Source: Selaginella moellendorffii (Eukaryota > Plantae > Lycopodiophyta). Taken from it: a DNA stretch of 64,000 bases. Both the position numbers and the translations under genes were made by a program. The stretch is taken from NCBI RefSeq assembly GCF_000143415.4, contig NW_003314266.1, positions 3,813,674 through 3,877,673 of the forward strand, given 5' to 3'. The notes under the pieces are model-generated. The model was given only the letters and a program-made list of their open reading frames with translations, made no database searches and was not told the DNA's origin. How positions within the stretch are numbered: the first letter of the stretch is position 1; each line of letters begins with the position of its first letter. This document shows, piece after piece, positions 1 through 13,800 of the stretch.

Positions 1-1044
1 GGTATCCAAGTAGGTAGTGCCACCCACACTTGGACTGGGAGCATCGGCCAGTCGATCTCCCGGGGGAACTAGAGCCGGCTCTTGAACACTTCACCAAGCT
101 ACCCCGCTTGTCGGTCCGTGTTCACTCTAGTCTTGGACTTCCCAGTGGGCAGCTCATCACCCAACACTGGGTCCGGCCGTCCTGGGCCAAACTGGCCTTT
201 CCTGGCCAAACTGGCTCCACTGCAGTCCTCCCCCTACTATACTTTTGGAGCTCACCAAACCCCCCAGGGTCTGGGAGACGAACGCTTTGGGCTTTCACCC
301 TCTCAGGCTCCGGACTCGGACTCGGACTCGGACTCGGACTCGGACTTGGGCTCGGGCTCGGTCTCGGCCTCGGCCTCGGTCTCGGTCTCGGTCCCGATCT
401 TGGTCTTGGTCTCGGTCTCGGTCTCGGTCCCGGTCTCGGTCTCGACTTCGGACTCCATCTCGGACTCCATCTCGGACTCCATCTCGGACTCCATCTCGGG
501 TCCATCTCAGGTCCATCTCGGACTCCATCTCGGACTCCATCTCGGGTCCATCTCGGACTCCATCTCGGACTCCATTTCGGGTCCATCTCGGGTCCACCTC
601 GGACTCCATCTCGGACTCCATCTCGGACTCCATCTCGGACTCCATCTCGGGTCCATCTCGGACTCCACTTCGGACTCCAACTCGGGTCCATCTCGGGTCC
701 ACCTCGGACTCCACTTCGGACTCCTTCTCGGACTCCATCTTGGACTCCACTTCGGACTCCAACTCGGGTCCATCTCGAACTCCACTTCGGACTCCAACTC
801 GGGTCCATCTCGGACTCCCACGTGTCATGTGTTGGCCCTTTTGGGTCCCTTTTTGGAGCCTCGCCTTTTGCTCGCTTCGTGCTCGTTCCTCGAGCACTTC
901 GTTGGGAGTTCCACTCCCGCTCTTGACTTTTCAAGTTGGAGCTTTTGGTCCAAACGTGTTACGCTCGTTTGGCTCTCGCTTCAGCCACTACCATGTGGCG
1001 CCCTTCCAGCTCCACTTTGGGGCCTAGGGATTTTGTGTCTCACA
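1..1044 (-). repeat. 3' LTR of B1 (partial)
   Basis: Matches 5886-7012; ends ...GTCTCACA next to the PPT; contains a GAGTCC-based tandem array. Confidence 0.9.
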
Positions 1045-1155
1045 ACTCCACCACCCATAGACGAAGTTCGATGTCCTCATCGAACGGTAAACCATTTTGT
1101 AAAGTAACACTCGCGTGTGTTACCATTTCCATCCTTGGCACCTAGCCAATATTTG

Positions 1156-1280
1156 TCAATGGTTTGACATTGAAGGCTCACCATGCCTTCTCCATATTCG
1201 TCAATGGTTTGACATTGAAGGCTCACCATGCCTTTTGCATATGCCTCCATGGTTTGACACCAAAGGCTCACCATGCCTTG
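1156..1280. repeat. Three tandem copies of a 45-bp unit in the B1 interior
   Basis: TCAATGGTTTGACATTGAAGGCTCACCATGCC... starts at 1156, 1201 and 1246; B2 has only one diverged copy. Confidence 0.85.
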
Positions 1281-2292
1281 CCTATCCTCTAAGGAGGGTA
1301 GTCTCTCCAACTTAGAGACTGATTGGACCACATGTAGTGGTTCTCTCCTTTTATTGGTTTAGTCCTCGCTAAACCTCTTAGAGACCATTCTCTAAGTCAA
1401 TCCCACTACTCCTTCTCGAGTAGTCTTGATTTCCATCGATATAACCTTTGCACTTTGGAACTTTGAATTTTGACTTCTTGGAGTCAATTTCCTAGGTGTC
1501 TCCGACACCTTGCCTTGCACCTTTTTGTGCAACTCCACTTCCCATCCTAGGAAGTTCTCTACTCGAGGGCACCATCATCCTCTTTTCTATTTCGTGCCAA
1601 AGTTCCAGTTATCATACTTTGTGCTAGGGCTGTTCATGGCCCTATCATTTGGCTACCTTACCGCTCCCTCCCTTGGAGCTTCCACTTTTGCCAAATCGGA
1701 GCATTTCGGAATCCCTCCTTGGAAACACACTTCCTTTCCCGCAACTTGTTAGCGTCCAACACATTAGTGTTCCTCGCCTAACTTTGTCACTTGGATTCCT
1801 TCCAAGGGATTCCACGGCCCTATCTTGGCCACTCATCTTTTGCTCCTATCCGTTGATCGTTGCACCAAGCAACATCGAATCTCTACCTCCCTTCTTGAGG
1901 TATTGTTTCGGTTCCATAGCAAAGACTCTTCTTTGCCAAGTCCGGAGGATGTTCACCCCTAGTACGTCTCTTTAGCATCTTCTGCTATGGGCTCTATCCA
2001 CGGCCCAACTTCGTGACCCTCCCATGGGTCTTTTATAGAGACTACTTTCCTCGGACTCACTATGCCATCGCACGGACATAGTTTATTTCCCTTAGGTGCT
2101 CTTCCCACTTGGTCATCACGACCAAGCCACACCACCTTAAACAGTTCAATTTCAACATTTTGAACCAGGAACTTCATTCCTTAGCCAACCAAGGACCTTG
2201 TCCTTATCTGGCCATAAGATCACCTAGTGATCTCACCTTGGCACCTTAACAGAGTTGCCAAGAGGTACTTGGTCTTCTAGACCTCCAAGTTG

Positions 2293-2702
2293 TTGACTAT
2301 AACCCCGGGGGCATCCCCCACACTTGGCGGTGCACCCAAGCCAGCCCTTACGGCCAAGGGTTCATAGCAACTGAGATTAGGTGTCCCCATCTCACTCACC
2401 ACGACCTTGGTGCCACTTGCACCAAAGCGTTCAAGTTAGATATGCTAAGCTTTCACACTAAGCAATCTAACTGTGCATCACGACTCCGAGGCATCCCTCG
2501 CTTGGCGGTGTGCCCAAACCAGTCTCCCCACTGAGAGTCCATGACCACCGAAATATGAGTGTCCTCATATTCCAAACCATCACCACGCCCTAGTGATTTG
2601 GGACTCGAACCCAAGCACTAGAGGGTCGGGACTCGAACCCAACCTCCGTATATGCATCTACGGACGGCATCACACAAGATGCCTGGCGTGACTCCCCACG
2701 CC
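2293..2702 (-). other. Structured cis-RNA cassette in B1 (GGAG hairpin, two T-loop hairpins, two multibranch modules)
   Basis: Reverse complement of 39646-40057; homologous hairpins with compensatory changes occur in the family A 3' UTR. Confidence 0.65.
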
Positions 2703-5193
2703 GGTGCACCAACTTATTTTTAAAGCGCGCTACAGATCACAGCTTAGGAACCTAGTTCCCCCACACTGCCAAGTCCTCTCACTTGACATATCTGTGATCA
2801 TGCATGGACTCCTCCATGCTTGGCCCCATGGGCCCACCCTTTTTGAAGTTATCACCTTCAACTAGGGTACTTGTTCCCCTGACTTGCCAATCTCGCTTAG
2901 CAAGTCATCCGGCCACCGTAACATGGTTCATGCATAAGCGTGGAAGTCCTTAACCATCAACTTTCGTTCAAAGCCCTCTCTTTGAACACTCGGGAACTAC
3001 TTCCCTAACCTTGACAGCCTTGCCTCATGGCAAGCTTCAAGACCACGCTTCTGCTGCGCCACTCTGATTTTGCGCGTTCTATGAACCATTTACACTTGGC
3101 CTTTCTAGGTACTAAGTTACCTAGAATCGTCTTTAGGAACCTTGAAGGAACTCTGTCCCTTAGCTTGCTAAGGCCTCCCTTTTTGCAAGCTTTCCAATTG
3201 CCACATAGTCTAACATGGACAATTCCATATTTTAGACTCTCCATGGCATCACGGTTGCTAGCGGCAACACCCTCGAGCCCCCACTTGATTCTCCACTCCC
3301 AGCTGGCATAACCAACCTTGGTTATGCCCTTCGATTTCTATGGTTCAGTTCCATCCCAATACTACTTGCCTTTTGGCCCCATATGTTTCCTTTGGTTATT
3401 TTCCTCCAGACCAGGAGGATAGCTTTGCACTTTCTATCATGCCTTAGCAAGTATTCTTAGGGATGAACCTACCCAATAGCCCAGGGAGTGGTTCCTCAAT
3501 CCGGGTATGCTCACCTTATAATCCCACACACTGGGATTACATTGTTGCTTATGGGCCTTTCCATGCCCATCACTAGCCTTGCCAAAATTCCATTTTTGGC
3601 TTTGTCCAACTCGGGTAGACAGTCCTCTCCTGTCTCCGCAACCTTGGACATTAAGATAGCACCTTCTATCCATCATTCGCTAGGGACTTAGTCCCTTGGG
3701 CTTTATCCATTGCCCTCGCGACATCAAACACCACCTTCTGGTGTTCTAGAGTGTTCGGGTGTCCCAATGATGGCTTTCTTGACAATGAGTATTTCCTTTT
3801 ATGACATTGACTTACTATATCGCAACACAAGCAATTTATCCCTCGTAAGGGTGTATCTGACTTCCCTATGCTATTAAGAAGTCTTGGGTAGCTACCTTCT
3901 ACCCGTTCAACCAGTTATTTTGCACCTCTTGCTTAGTTGCCTCATAGTTGTCAAGTCCTACAACTCATTGTTTGGTGCTTTCACACCTCCATCATTATCT
4001 GGGTCACCACACTCCAACTACATGCTCTGCAACTTAAGCTATGCTATTCCCATTTCCATTGGGATTCCTTTGGCAAGGGGTTCTCATGAACCCACCAACA
4101 TAGCCTCAAGGTATCACACCTTGGCACATTTGGTGTCTCCACACCATCGGCTCCACGAGCCTACCTCTATGACATTTCCCCTTCGTGTCTAAGTCTTTGC
4201 CAAGACCAACACCGCTCTTTCTCATGCCAACCATCCGTTAGCACTACACCATAGAGGTCACACACAACTTTATGTCAAAGTTGTTTTCTTCTGGGAACAC
4301 CTTTCCCATAACTTTAGCATGGCACATTTTGCCATCGATGAGATACCCTCTGTTCTCATCCTTGGATCCTATGATCCCCCCCCCATCCTTTGTGGGGTAC
4401 AACACACCACAGTCTAAATGCTTCCATCAGTCCTTTTAGGACCATCCGTTGACTCTACTTGAGTTATCCAGCAGTTTTGGACTTGGTTAATCCACAGACC
4501 CGTAAGGTCCTACTTGTGAGGCACTAGCTCACTGGAATACACTTCTTGCATTCCTGTCCTACTCAAAAGGACTATTTTCACAAGTGTTACTCCGACACTT
4601 GATTTTGTTCTCTGGGGGGCAACTTTTGCCCCTTAGGACTACTTGTCTATGCGATGAGAATACCAACTCATCCACTTAATACACCCCTAACTCCTTGGGT
4701 TGTTCCAGCATTTATTAGAGGTAGCCCCGGCTACCATTTCGAGGACTCGTGTCCTCATCCATACTTGACCTCTCACGGTCATCCATTCCGGTCTCATCTT
4801 CATAAGCACCAGCCTCAACCATGTGAGGATAAACTTGTGACTCCTTTATTGTTTTTGGAGTCTCTATCTTCCCCGTGATCCCAACTATAGTTGTTTACCC
4901 CAACTACATTAGCCCGTTTGCTGAGTCAAATGCTCATCTGAATTACCTCCTCAACTCAATGAGGAAAACCTTGCACTGTTCCCAAGATCCCAAAGTCGTT
5001 CCATTATTGGCCCCTTTTCTATCCACCACCTTGTCTACAAGTTCACACATGAACTGTAATAGAGAGCCATGTCTTCCCGACCTGCTACTCCTCAAGGATA
5101 GGCCTACTTCGCGGACCTTCCGTTGCCAACACCAGTGGTGATATACTTAAGTACCAATAAAAGTCGGACTAAGGAACAGCTCCGATACCAAAT

Positions 5194-7012
5194 TGTAAGC
5201 GACTAATTTTTCCATTCTACTTTAGTCACTTAACCACACCTCCGACCACTTGGAGGAGTCTCATTCATAACCTCCATAAGTCCAACTCAGGACTTGGGGC
5301 TTGCTAGCCCCGAGAATGGCATCCATGCCACTCAACCTTAGCACTTGGTCCAAGTGCTCCACGTGTCCGATCCCATGATCGACACCCCAAGGTACCACCA
5401 ACGTATCGGCCCATTACGTTAAGGCCATGCCCAATTACGTTGGTCACACTGGTGGTCCAACACCACCTGCATTCCAATCCCGTCTCTCAAAGACTGGGTC
5501 ATCCGTCCATGAGGGATCATCCCAGATCCACTCCTTAACATCCTTAGGATGCCCACAGATATGGGGAATAGCCTTCCCCAATATCTCTGTTCCGGTCCCC
5601 ACCAAGTCCCTTTCTATCCTTGGCTGTGTTCGCCAACACTGCCACTGGATCAAGGCCCACCAGCCCGACCACTAAGTCCCACTATCCTCGAGGACTTCCT
5701 CATTGTGTGACTGTGTCCTTGGTCACCCCACCAGAGGGCTACCCCTCTTCCTTTCCACAGTTTGGGACTTTGGGACACCATTTCGGAACACCGTGGCCTT
5801 ACGCGAGCCACCTGGGTACTCTCCTCGCCTTCTGCCCTTGGGTGCTCTAGCCATGGGCTTAGAGCGGGTTCCATTGAGCCACACCAGTATCCAAGTAGGT
5901 AGTGCCACCCACACTTGGACTGGGAGCATCGGCCAGTCGATCTCCCGGGGGAACTAGAGCCGGCTCTTGAACACTTCACCAAGCTACCCCGCTTGTCAGT
6001 CTATGTTCACTCTAGTCTTGGACTTCCCAGTGGGCAGCTCATCACCCAACACTGGGTCCGGCCTTCCTGGGCCAAATTGGCCTTTCCTGGCCAAACTGGC
6101 TCCACTGCAGTCCTCCCCCTACTATACTTTTGGAGCTCACCAAACCCCCCAGGGTCTGGGAGACGAACGCTTTGGGCTTTCACCCTCTTAGGCTCTGGAC
6201 TCGGACTCGGACTCGGACTCGGACTCGGACTCGGACTCGGACTCAGACTCGGACTCAGACTCGGACTCAGACTCGGACTTGGGCTCGGGCTCGGTCTCGG
6301 CCTCGGCCTCGGTCTCGGTCTCGGTCCCGATCTCGGTCTCGGTCTCGGTCTTGGTCTCGGTCCCGGTCTCGGTCCCGGTCTCGGTCTCGACTTCGGACTC
6401 CATCTCAGACTCCATCTCGGACTCCATCTCGGACTCCATCTCGGGTCCATCTCAGGTCCATCTCGGACTCCATCTCGGACTCCATCTCGGGTCCATCTCG
6501 GACTCCATCTCGGACTCCATTTCGGGTCCATCTCGGGTCCACCTCGGACTCCATCTCGGACTCCATCTCGGACTCCATCTCGGGTCCATCTCGGACTCCA
6601 CTTCGGACTCCAACTCGGGTCCATCTTGGGTCCACCTCGGACTCCACTTCGGACTCCTTCTCGGACTCCATCTCGGACTCCACTTCGGACTCCAACTCGG
6701 GTCCATCTCGGACTCCACTTCGGACTCCAACTCGGGTCCATCTCGAACTCCACTTCGGACTCCAACTCGGGTCCATCTCGAACTCTCACGTGTCATGTGT
6801 TGGCCCTTTTGGGTCCCTTTTTGGAGCCTTGCCTTTTGCTCGCTTCGTGCTCGTTCCTCGAGCACTTCGTTGGGAGTTCCACTCCCGCTCTTGACTTTTC
6901 AAGTCGGAGCTTTTGGTCCAAACGTGTTACGCTCGTTTGGCTCTCGCTTCAGCCACTACCATGTGGCGCCCTTCCAGCTCCACTTTGGGGCCTAGGGATT
7001 TTGTGTCTCACA
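5194..7012 (-). repeat. 5' LTR of B1 (1819 bp)
   Basis: TG...CA ends; PBS adjacent at 5179-5190 after a 3-nt spacer. Confidence 0.92.
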
Positions 7013-8310
7013 GGTATCAAAACTAATCCTTAGTCCAACTCCTATTGGTGCTCAAGTATATCACCACTTCTGTTGGAAGGTCCTAGGAGTGAGCATATCC
7101 TTGAGGAGTAGTAGGTTGGGAGGACATGGCTCTCCACTACAGTTTATGTGTGAACTTGTAGGCAAAATGGTGGATAGAAAAAGGATAATAAGGAAATAAC
7201 TTTGGGATCTTAGGAACAGTATAAAATTTTCCTTAAAGAGTTGAGGATGTGATCTAGATGAGCATTTAACTTAGCAAATTGACTAATGTAGTTATAATAA
7301 ACAACTATAGTTGGGATCATGGGGAAGATAAAGACTCCAAAACAATAAAGGAGTTACAAAATTACCCTTAAATAATTGAGGCTGGTGCTCATGAATTTGA
7401 GATCAAAATTAATGACCGTGGGAGGTCAAATACGGATGAGGACACACGTCCTTGAAATGGTAGCCCGGGCTGCCTTTTATAAATGCTAGAACAAACCTAA
7501 GGAGTTGGGGGTGTACTTAGAGGATGAGTTGGTATTCTCATCATATGGACAGATAGTTGTAAAGGGCAAAAGTAACTTATAAGGAACCGGAAATAATCAA
7601 GTGTCAAAGTAACACTTACAAAGATGGTTCTTGTTAGTAGGACATGAATACAAGAAGATGTATTCTAGTGAATGGGCACCTCAAAAATAGCCAAGAGGCT
7701 AGGACCTTTTAGGTTGTCGAATTAGCAAAGTTCAAAAAGCTAGATAACTTGAGTGGAGTCAAAGAATGATCCTAGAGGACTAATGGAAGCATTTGGACTG
7801 AGGTGTGTTATACCCTACAAGGGACAATATCCAAGTATGGGAACAGTGTATATCTCATAGATGGTGAAAAGTGTTATACTAAAGTCGTAGGAAAGATGTT
7901 CCCAAAAGAAAACAACTTTAATTCAGAGTTGTGTGTGAACACTATGGTGTAGTGCTAACAGATAGTTGGCATGAAAAATAACTATATTGGTTTTTAAACA
8001 CAAGTAAAAAGTGTCATAAAAGTGGGCTCGTGGAACCGATGGCATGGAGATATCGAATGTGCTAAAGCGTGATGCCTTGAGGTTAAGTTCGCAGGTTCAT
8101 GAGAACCCCTTCCCATAGGAACCCTAATGGAAATGAGAATGGCATAGGCTAAGCTGAAAAGCATGCAATTGAAGTGTAGTGACCCAAATAATGATGGAGA
8201 TGTGGAAGCATCAGCAATGAGTTGTAGAACTTAACAACTATAAGGTAATTAAGCAAAAGGTAAATAATTGATTAAATTGGTAGAAGTTAACCACCCAAGA
8301 CTTCTTTGTA
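7013..8310 (+). mobile_element. Decayed internal region of an older B-family element, starting at its PBS
   Basis: GGTATCAAAACTAATCCTTAGTCC... aligns with 37166 onward (GGTATCGGAGCTGTTCCTTAGTCC) through about 38475, with many transitions. Confidence 0.75.
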
Positions 8311-9943
8311 AGCAACCAAAGGGAACGACTTGAGAGACGATCCATGGGATCCAGGGAAAGGGCCCATGAATAAGAGTGCACCCCCTTTTCCAATTGGTTT
8401 CATTTATCACACGATGCTACAGAAAATAACTTAGACTTGGCTCAAAACTCTAGAAAAACAATGAAATTGTAACTCAAAAGAAAAAGTAGAGCAAAGTGTA
8501 TATGATGCAATAAACGACAGTGAAAATAAACTCTAGACACTCGATAAATTGACACTCAAAGGTTGCATTAGCATGGGGAAGAAAAAAATTAAAGAGTGAT
8601 TAATAAGAAGCTTTAGAAATGCACAAATCTGGATGATGGGTAGCTTTGTTTGTGTTTTAAAGCCACTCAAAAGCAAGATCCTACAAAGATGCATAAAATG
8701 GTGTGAATTCTCATCACACAAAGCTTCCACATCAAATCATGTTCATTCACTGAAAGAAAAATATGTGTATGTTGTGGCTCCCAGCAAATTGGCCTCCAAG
8801 AAACCACTCCCCAAATAGTTGGTAGCAAGATCTAGGAGCCCATCAAATGAATTGGTGCAATCTCTCCCCAAAACTCAAGCTTAAAGTGAAGGAAGATGTG
8901 TGTAGAAAGAAAAATGAAAACCAAAAGAAAAATGGTGAGAACTCCCTCATCCCTTTACCAAATCATGAGCATCTATTCTTGTTGGAAAGAAAAGCCCAAG
9001 ATCTACACACCCAAAGAAATAATACCTCAAATGAATCAAATTTGAGGGAGAAAATTTTGCTGATAAGTCGTGATGCCCTAAGAACACTCTAAGAAGATGA
9101 AATCTTGCTCTAATTCTCAAAAATCTCTCCATGGGAAGAATTCTTACCACTCTTAGCCTATCCTCTCCAGAATCTCTACTCCAAACCCTGTGGATCTTCT
9201 CTATCGATCAAGAAATGCTACAAAAAGAAAAAAGATGGGTGTCATATTAGGTTCACCATATTGAGGTGAGACACCTCAATGCTCCTTTTTTCTGTAACTT
9301 TGCTCAGATCCTAAGCTCTCTCTCCATAACTCTAACTCAAGATACAAAGTGCTGAACCTTGATATTTCACCCTCATGTAGTTTTTATACAACTACTAAGA
9401 ATATTCTAAAGGTCAGAATATTCTCTCTCTCAAGATGCCTATGGCTGGAACAGAGCTACTCTGGAATAAGAGATTTAGGCATATAATTTCAAATTGTGAC
9501 CATGGTGGCAAACTTAGGATTTGTTGTTTATTAGTGTAGAACCACTTCCTTTATGGTAATGTTTAATGTATTGCCATACCTTACAAATTTGTGTGTGAGA
9601 GATGGCTTTTAAACTTGTAGAACAACTTCAGCTCTTAGTTATGCTCTAGCAAGTAAGAATTAAGAAGTTAGTGATAGCTATGTAAGAATCAAAAATGTTT
9701 TGTGTTAATGATAACCAGAAATAGAGTAGACTTTATTTGAGAAATCTGGCTTTTAGTTCTTTTCTGTTATTATTAAAAATTATTAAAAATAACAACTTTT
9801 GCTAATTGAATTCATAAAATTGCATTACCTCTGCTATTATATGACCCTCTATAAAGATGTCACCTTCTCATTTCAATTTCTTTTACCTTTATTGTAGTTT
9901 ACCATTTAATAAAGAAGATTAAATTACATAAATTATTTTCTTT

Positions 9944-10873
9944 TTATTTGTTTATAGATATAGATTTATTTTTTTCTTTCGGCCTTGTCCATATAGAAAT
10001 TTGATTATTTGTATCATATACAGTAACATGACCTGTATTTTCTACACATAATGAAAATGTAACCCAAATATTCTTCCAATAAATATCATAAGACCATATA
10101 ACATTATGATATTGATCATAAATAACAAGATTTCCATCTTTTTGAAAATGTAGAAAACATCCAATACCTTTTCCTGATGTTTCAGTATCCCAAATAGAAA
10201 TTTTTCCATAATATAATACAAGATTGCAATCAAATTTCATATATAAAATAAATACTAAATTTGGTGATTGAAGAAATTTTCCTTCTTCAAGATGAGAAAA
10301 AAATGAATAATTTGGTCCACTTTTAATACAAGTTTTATATAGAATACAATCTGTTTCTTCATATGAAGTAAAACTATTAATATCTAAAAAATGTTTTGAA
10401 AAACTCTTATTATCTTTATCTAATATATATGATATAGAAAATCTTCTATGTATATACTCTACAGATCCATATGTTACTAAATCTTTCTCCACATAATTTT
10501 CCAATATTTGGGTGAATTTCTTTTCTAATGCCTTACCATTACTTCTAAGAAAAAGAAAAGGAACAACTGAACAAAATATGTAAAAAGTCTTTCTTGAAAT
10601 TTGTCTATCAAGAACACTTATTGTAATAAGTAAGCTATAATCTTGTTCATGTAAAATTTTAGAATAAGAAAATCCTATTAAAATATCTGTTCGTTTTCCT
10701 ACTTCTTTAATAAGACCTCTAATAGTTGGTATTATTACTTTTTGTCTAAAATCAATTGAAATAACCCCTGCTGGATTTTCATAAATTTTTTGAATACAAG
10801 CAGAATAATTGAGGATGAAAAATAAAAAATAAATATAAATCATATTTGTGTTGGGATAAAATATAAAAAACAT
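9944..10873 (-). CDS. Putative secreted protein with a C-terminal bulb-type (B/GNA) mannose-binding lectin domain; intronless
   Basis: 309-aa ORF in very AT-rich DNA. Hydrophobic N-terminus (MIYIYFLFFILNYSAC); C-terminal repeats DCNLVLY..IWDT and QKDGNLVIY..VIWS, the latter a perfect QxDxNxVxY motif. Confidence 0.75.
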   Translation of the reverse strand: MFFIFYPNTNMIYIYFLFFILNYSACIQKIYENPAGVISIDFRQKVIIPTIRGLIKEVGKRTDILIGFSYSKILHEQDYSLLITISVLDRQISRKTFYIFCSVVPFLFLRSNGKALEKKFTQILENYVEKDLVTYGSVEYIHRRFSISYILDKDNKSFSKHFLDINSFTSYEETDCILYKTCIKSGPNYSFFSHLEEGKFLQSPNLVFILYMKFDCNLVLYYGKISIWDTETSGKGIGCFLHFQKDGNLVIYDQYHNVIWSYDIYWKNIWVTFSLCVENTGHVTVYDTNNQISIWTRPKEKNKSISINK

Positions 10874-13800
10874 AGATATAATATGTAAAAGTAAGTTATA
10901 ATATGAAATATATCGAGTAACATATATACATAGTCTATGTTTATGTTTTTAGTTGGGCATGAAGGATTTAAAAAATGCAATAATAATAATAATAATAATG
11001 TATTTTTATTATTTAAATAGATTTATCGTTAATAAGTGCCATATGTAATCTGTTCACATACTATTTTGTCCTTAATGTATCTTAAAAATTTAAAATATAA
11101 TACTTATATAATATAACTCATTATTGAAAATAACCTAGACTCAATTAAGAATAGTTTTGATCATGTATCTGCCATCTATATATTTATTGGAGAATATTTT
11201 GTCATCACTACTGACACTGAAACTCAAGTTTCAAACTTTAAACCTCTACTCTTGGGATGCCAATTCAACAAACATGCTATATATATATCAATATATACAT
11301 CAGATTGAGTATGTTAAAAAATTTACAATAGTAATCTATTACTTTTCTTATTGTTTGTTTTATCCTTTTTAGTGTTGATCTACACTATAAAATCTCGAAA
11401 ACATTTACTTGAGGGAGTTCTAATATCTCCTATTTGCAAAGTTATTGCTTTTTATATCATCTTGATCAGCTTTTGATAGAAAAAATTATATCTGATGTTT
11501 AACCATTATGCTTTAAAGAGTTTTAGATCATGAAAATTTGAGTTTGATAGAAAAGATATAGAATAGAAATCACTTCTCATTCATAAGTGACTAAATTTTC
11601 TATTCTATTTTAATCACTTATTCACACTTTTAACCACTTAGAGGAATCTTATTCACAACTTCCCTTTATCCTAACTTAGGGTACTTGCTAAGATTCTAAA
11701 AGTGGCCTTAAAACCATAATAAATTCACACTCATTCCAAGTGTTTTATGTGTTTAAATTTTATTTCAAACATCCAAAGGTACCATTGATGTACTAATATT
11801 TTACACTAAATCTATGTCCATTCCCACTATCTTGTTGGTAATTGAAGACCATTTGTTTCATAGTTTTATCTCTCTAAGACAAAATTATCTATCTATGAGT
11901 GGTCATTTTATAACCACTCTTTAACATTCTTAAAATGCTCTAAAACATGGGGGAACAACATCCTCTAATATCCTTTCTTTAATCCCCATTAAATCCCTCT
12001 CTATTTATGGTAGTGCTCACCAACACTACCACTAGTTTAGGGCTCAAAAGCCCATCCACTAAGTCTCACTAGCCTTTAGGAGTTATTCATCACATAATTA
12101 TATCTTTGGTTACTATGTAAGAGGATCACTCCTTTTACTTTCCACCATTAAGGATTTTGAAATGATATTTCAAAACACTACAACCCACTGTAGACTTTTA
12201 AATACTTTCCCTACCTTCTACCACCAAGTGCCCCACTATATAGTTAGAGTGAGGTTCCAATGAGCCACACAATGTATCCAAATAGGTATTGCCACTTACA
12301 CTTGGATTGGGAGTATTGATCATTTAATTTTTTGGAGGAGATAAAGCTAGTTCATGAACATTTCATTAAATCACCTCACTTGTTCATTTATATTCACTTT
12401 AGTTTTAAACTCTCCAATATTTATATGATTATCCAATACATGAGTATAACCTTCCTTGATTACATTGGAGTATTACCCCCTATTATCCTACAAAGATTTA
12501 TTAAACCCCTCAAGGTCTAAAAGATAATCAATTCAGGCTTTCACCCCATTGGATATGTTTAGCATTGTACATGTCTAGCCCCAGATATATCTAACCTTGG
12601 ATATATCAGACTTTGGATATGTTTGGCCTCAAATATATCTGGCACTTTATTGTAAGCCACAAATTTTTCCTTTCCAATTTGCCAGCTTACCTCGTCTATC
12701 CGTCCAACACTGCCTTGGCTTTTGCTAAGTTCCCTTGCCAAAGTTCTCGCCTATGGTACCAGCTCCTACTTGGTTTCAGCTACTCACTGCACGAGCAACG
12801 GAGTGTTAGCCATCTTTCCACGGATTCCCAATTCACTCTCAATCCCCATCCCCGGGTTAGACTGGACTTAAGGTTCGGCTACCCTCCCCGCAAGCACAAA
12901 CAGCCAAGCACACCAAGCTTCCAGGTTCCTAACATCCCTTGGTACCACAAGACTTGATCATGGGACCCTCTAAATCCCAAGTCTTGAGTGCAACACTTGC
13001 TTCGGGACGCCGGGGCAAAACACCGTGGCCTAACGGCCCAGTATGGGTACCTCTCGCCCCCCACTTCCATCCCGAAGGAAGGCCCAAGCCCCTAGGAAGG
13101 GCGAGGACCAATGAGCCGCATGGTACTCAAGTGGGGCACCACTCCACATGAGCCGGGAGCACCGCAATCGGTTTCCCTTTCGGGAGCGGGAGCTGCTCTT
13201 GAGCACTTCCTTGGATGGCCCCTCCGGCACCAGCCAAGTCCATGCTCACTCCCACCCAAGGCCCCTTAGTCCCAGTCCCAACCTCAAGTCGGTTTGGAAG
13301 CCCAACTGGAGAGTCCCTTCAAAACTGGTTCCTGGACCTCACTATCCCTACTATACTTTTGGAACCCCCTGCAGCCCCCCCCTCCTGGGGGACGCACGCT
13401 TTGGGCTTTCACCCCTTGACCCGTATTAGTATTTGGACTTAGTCTCTGGCTCGATCTCGGATCCGATTTCGGATCCGACTTCGGATTCGGTTTCGGACTC
13501 GATCGCGGACTCGATCTCGGACCCGATCTCGGGCCCGACCTCGGACTCGACTTCGGACTCGGTCTCGGACCCGATTTCGGATCTCGGACTCCGTCTCGAA
13601 CTCGGTCTCGAACTCGGACTCGAACTCGGTCCCTGAGTCGGTCTTGGACTCGATTCCGGACTCTATCTCGAACTCGGTCCTAGAGTCGGTCTTGGACTCG
13701 ATCTTTGACTTGGTCCCATCCGATGAACTCTTTGTCATTTTGGTCATGCTTTCGGGGTTCCCTTAGCCTACGACACCTCGGCGAGTTGGTTCCTTACAAC

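Larger units (their letters stand above)
1..7012 (-). mobile_element. Non-autonomous LTR retroelement (LARD-like), family B copy B1; 3' LTR truncated by the window start
   Basis: Direct repeats at 1-1044 and 5194-7012 (the complete one ends TG...CA). PBS TGGTATCGGAGC (tRNA-iMet type) at 5179-5190; PPT at 1045-1059. The ~4.1 kb interior has no long ORF and is colinear with 37162-41227. Confidence 0.9.

Noticed and set aside
310-820. Repeat arrays as a possible CRISPR array
   Set aside because: No unique spacers, no cas genes, eukaryotic LTR context.
30-1107. Many overlapping 200-370 aa ORFs in all frames (also 5915-7033, 35329-36440, 41380-42328 and in the A LTRs)
   Set aside because: Artefacts of stop-free hexamer arrays in LTRs; products are low complexity and frames shift between LTR copies.
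8330-9700. Possible additional decayed element
   Set aside because: No termini, PBS or protein motif could be identified with confidence.
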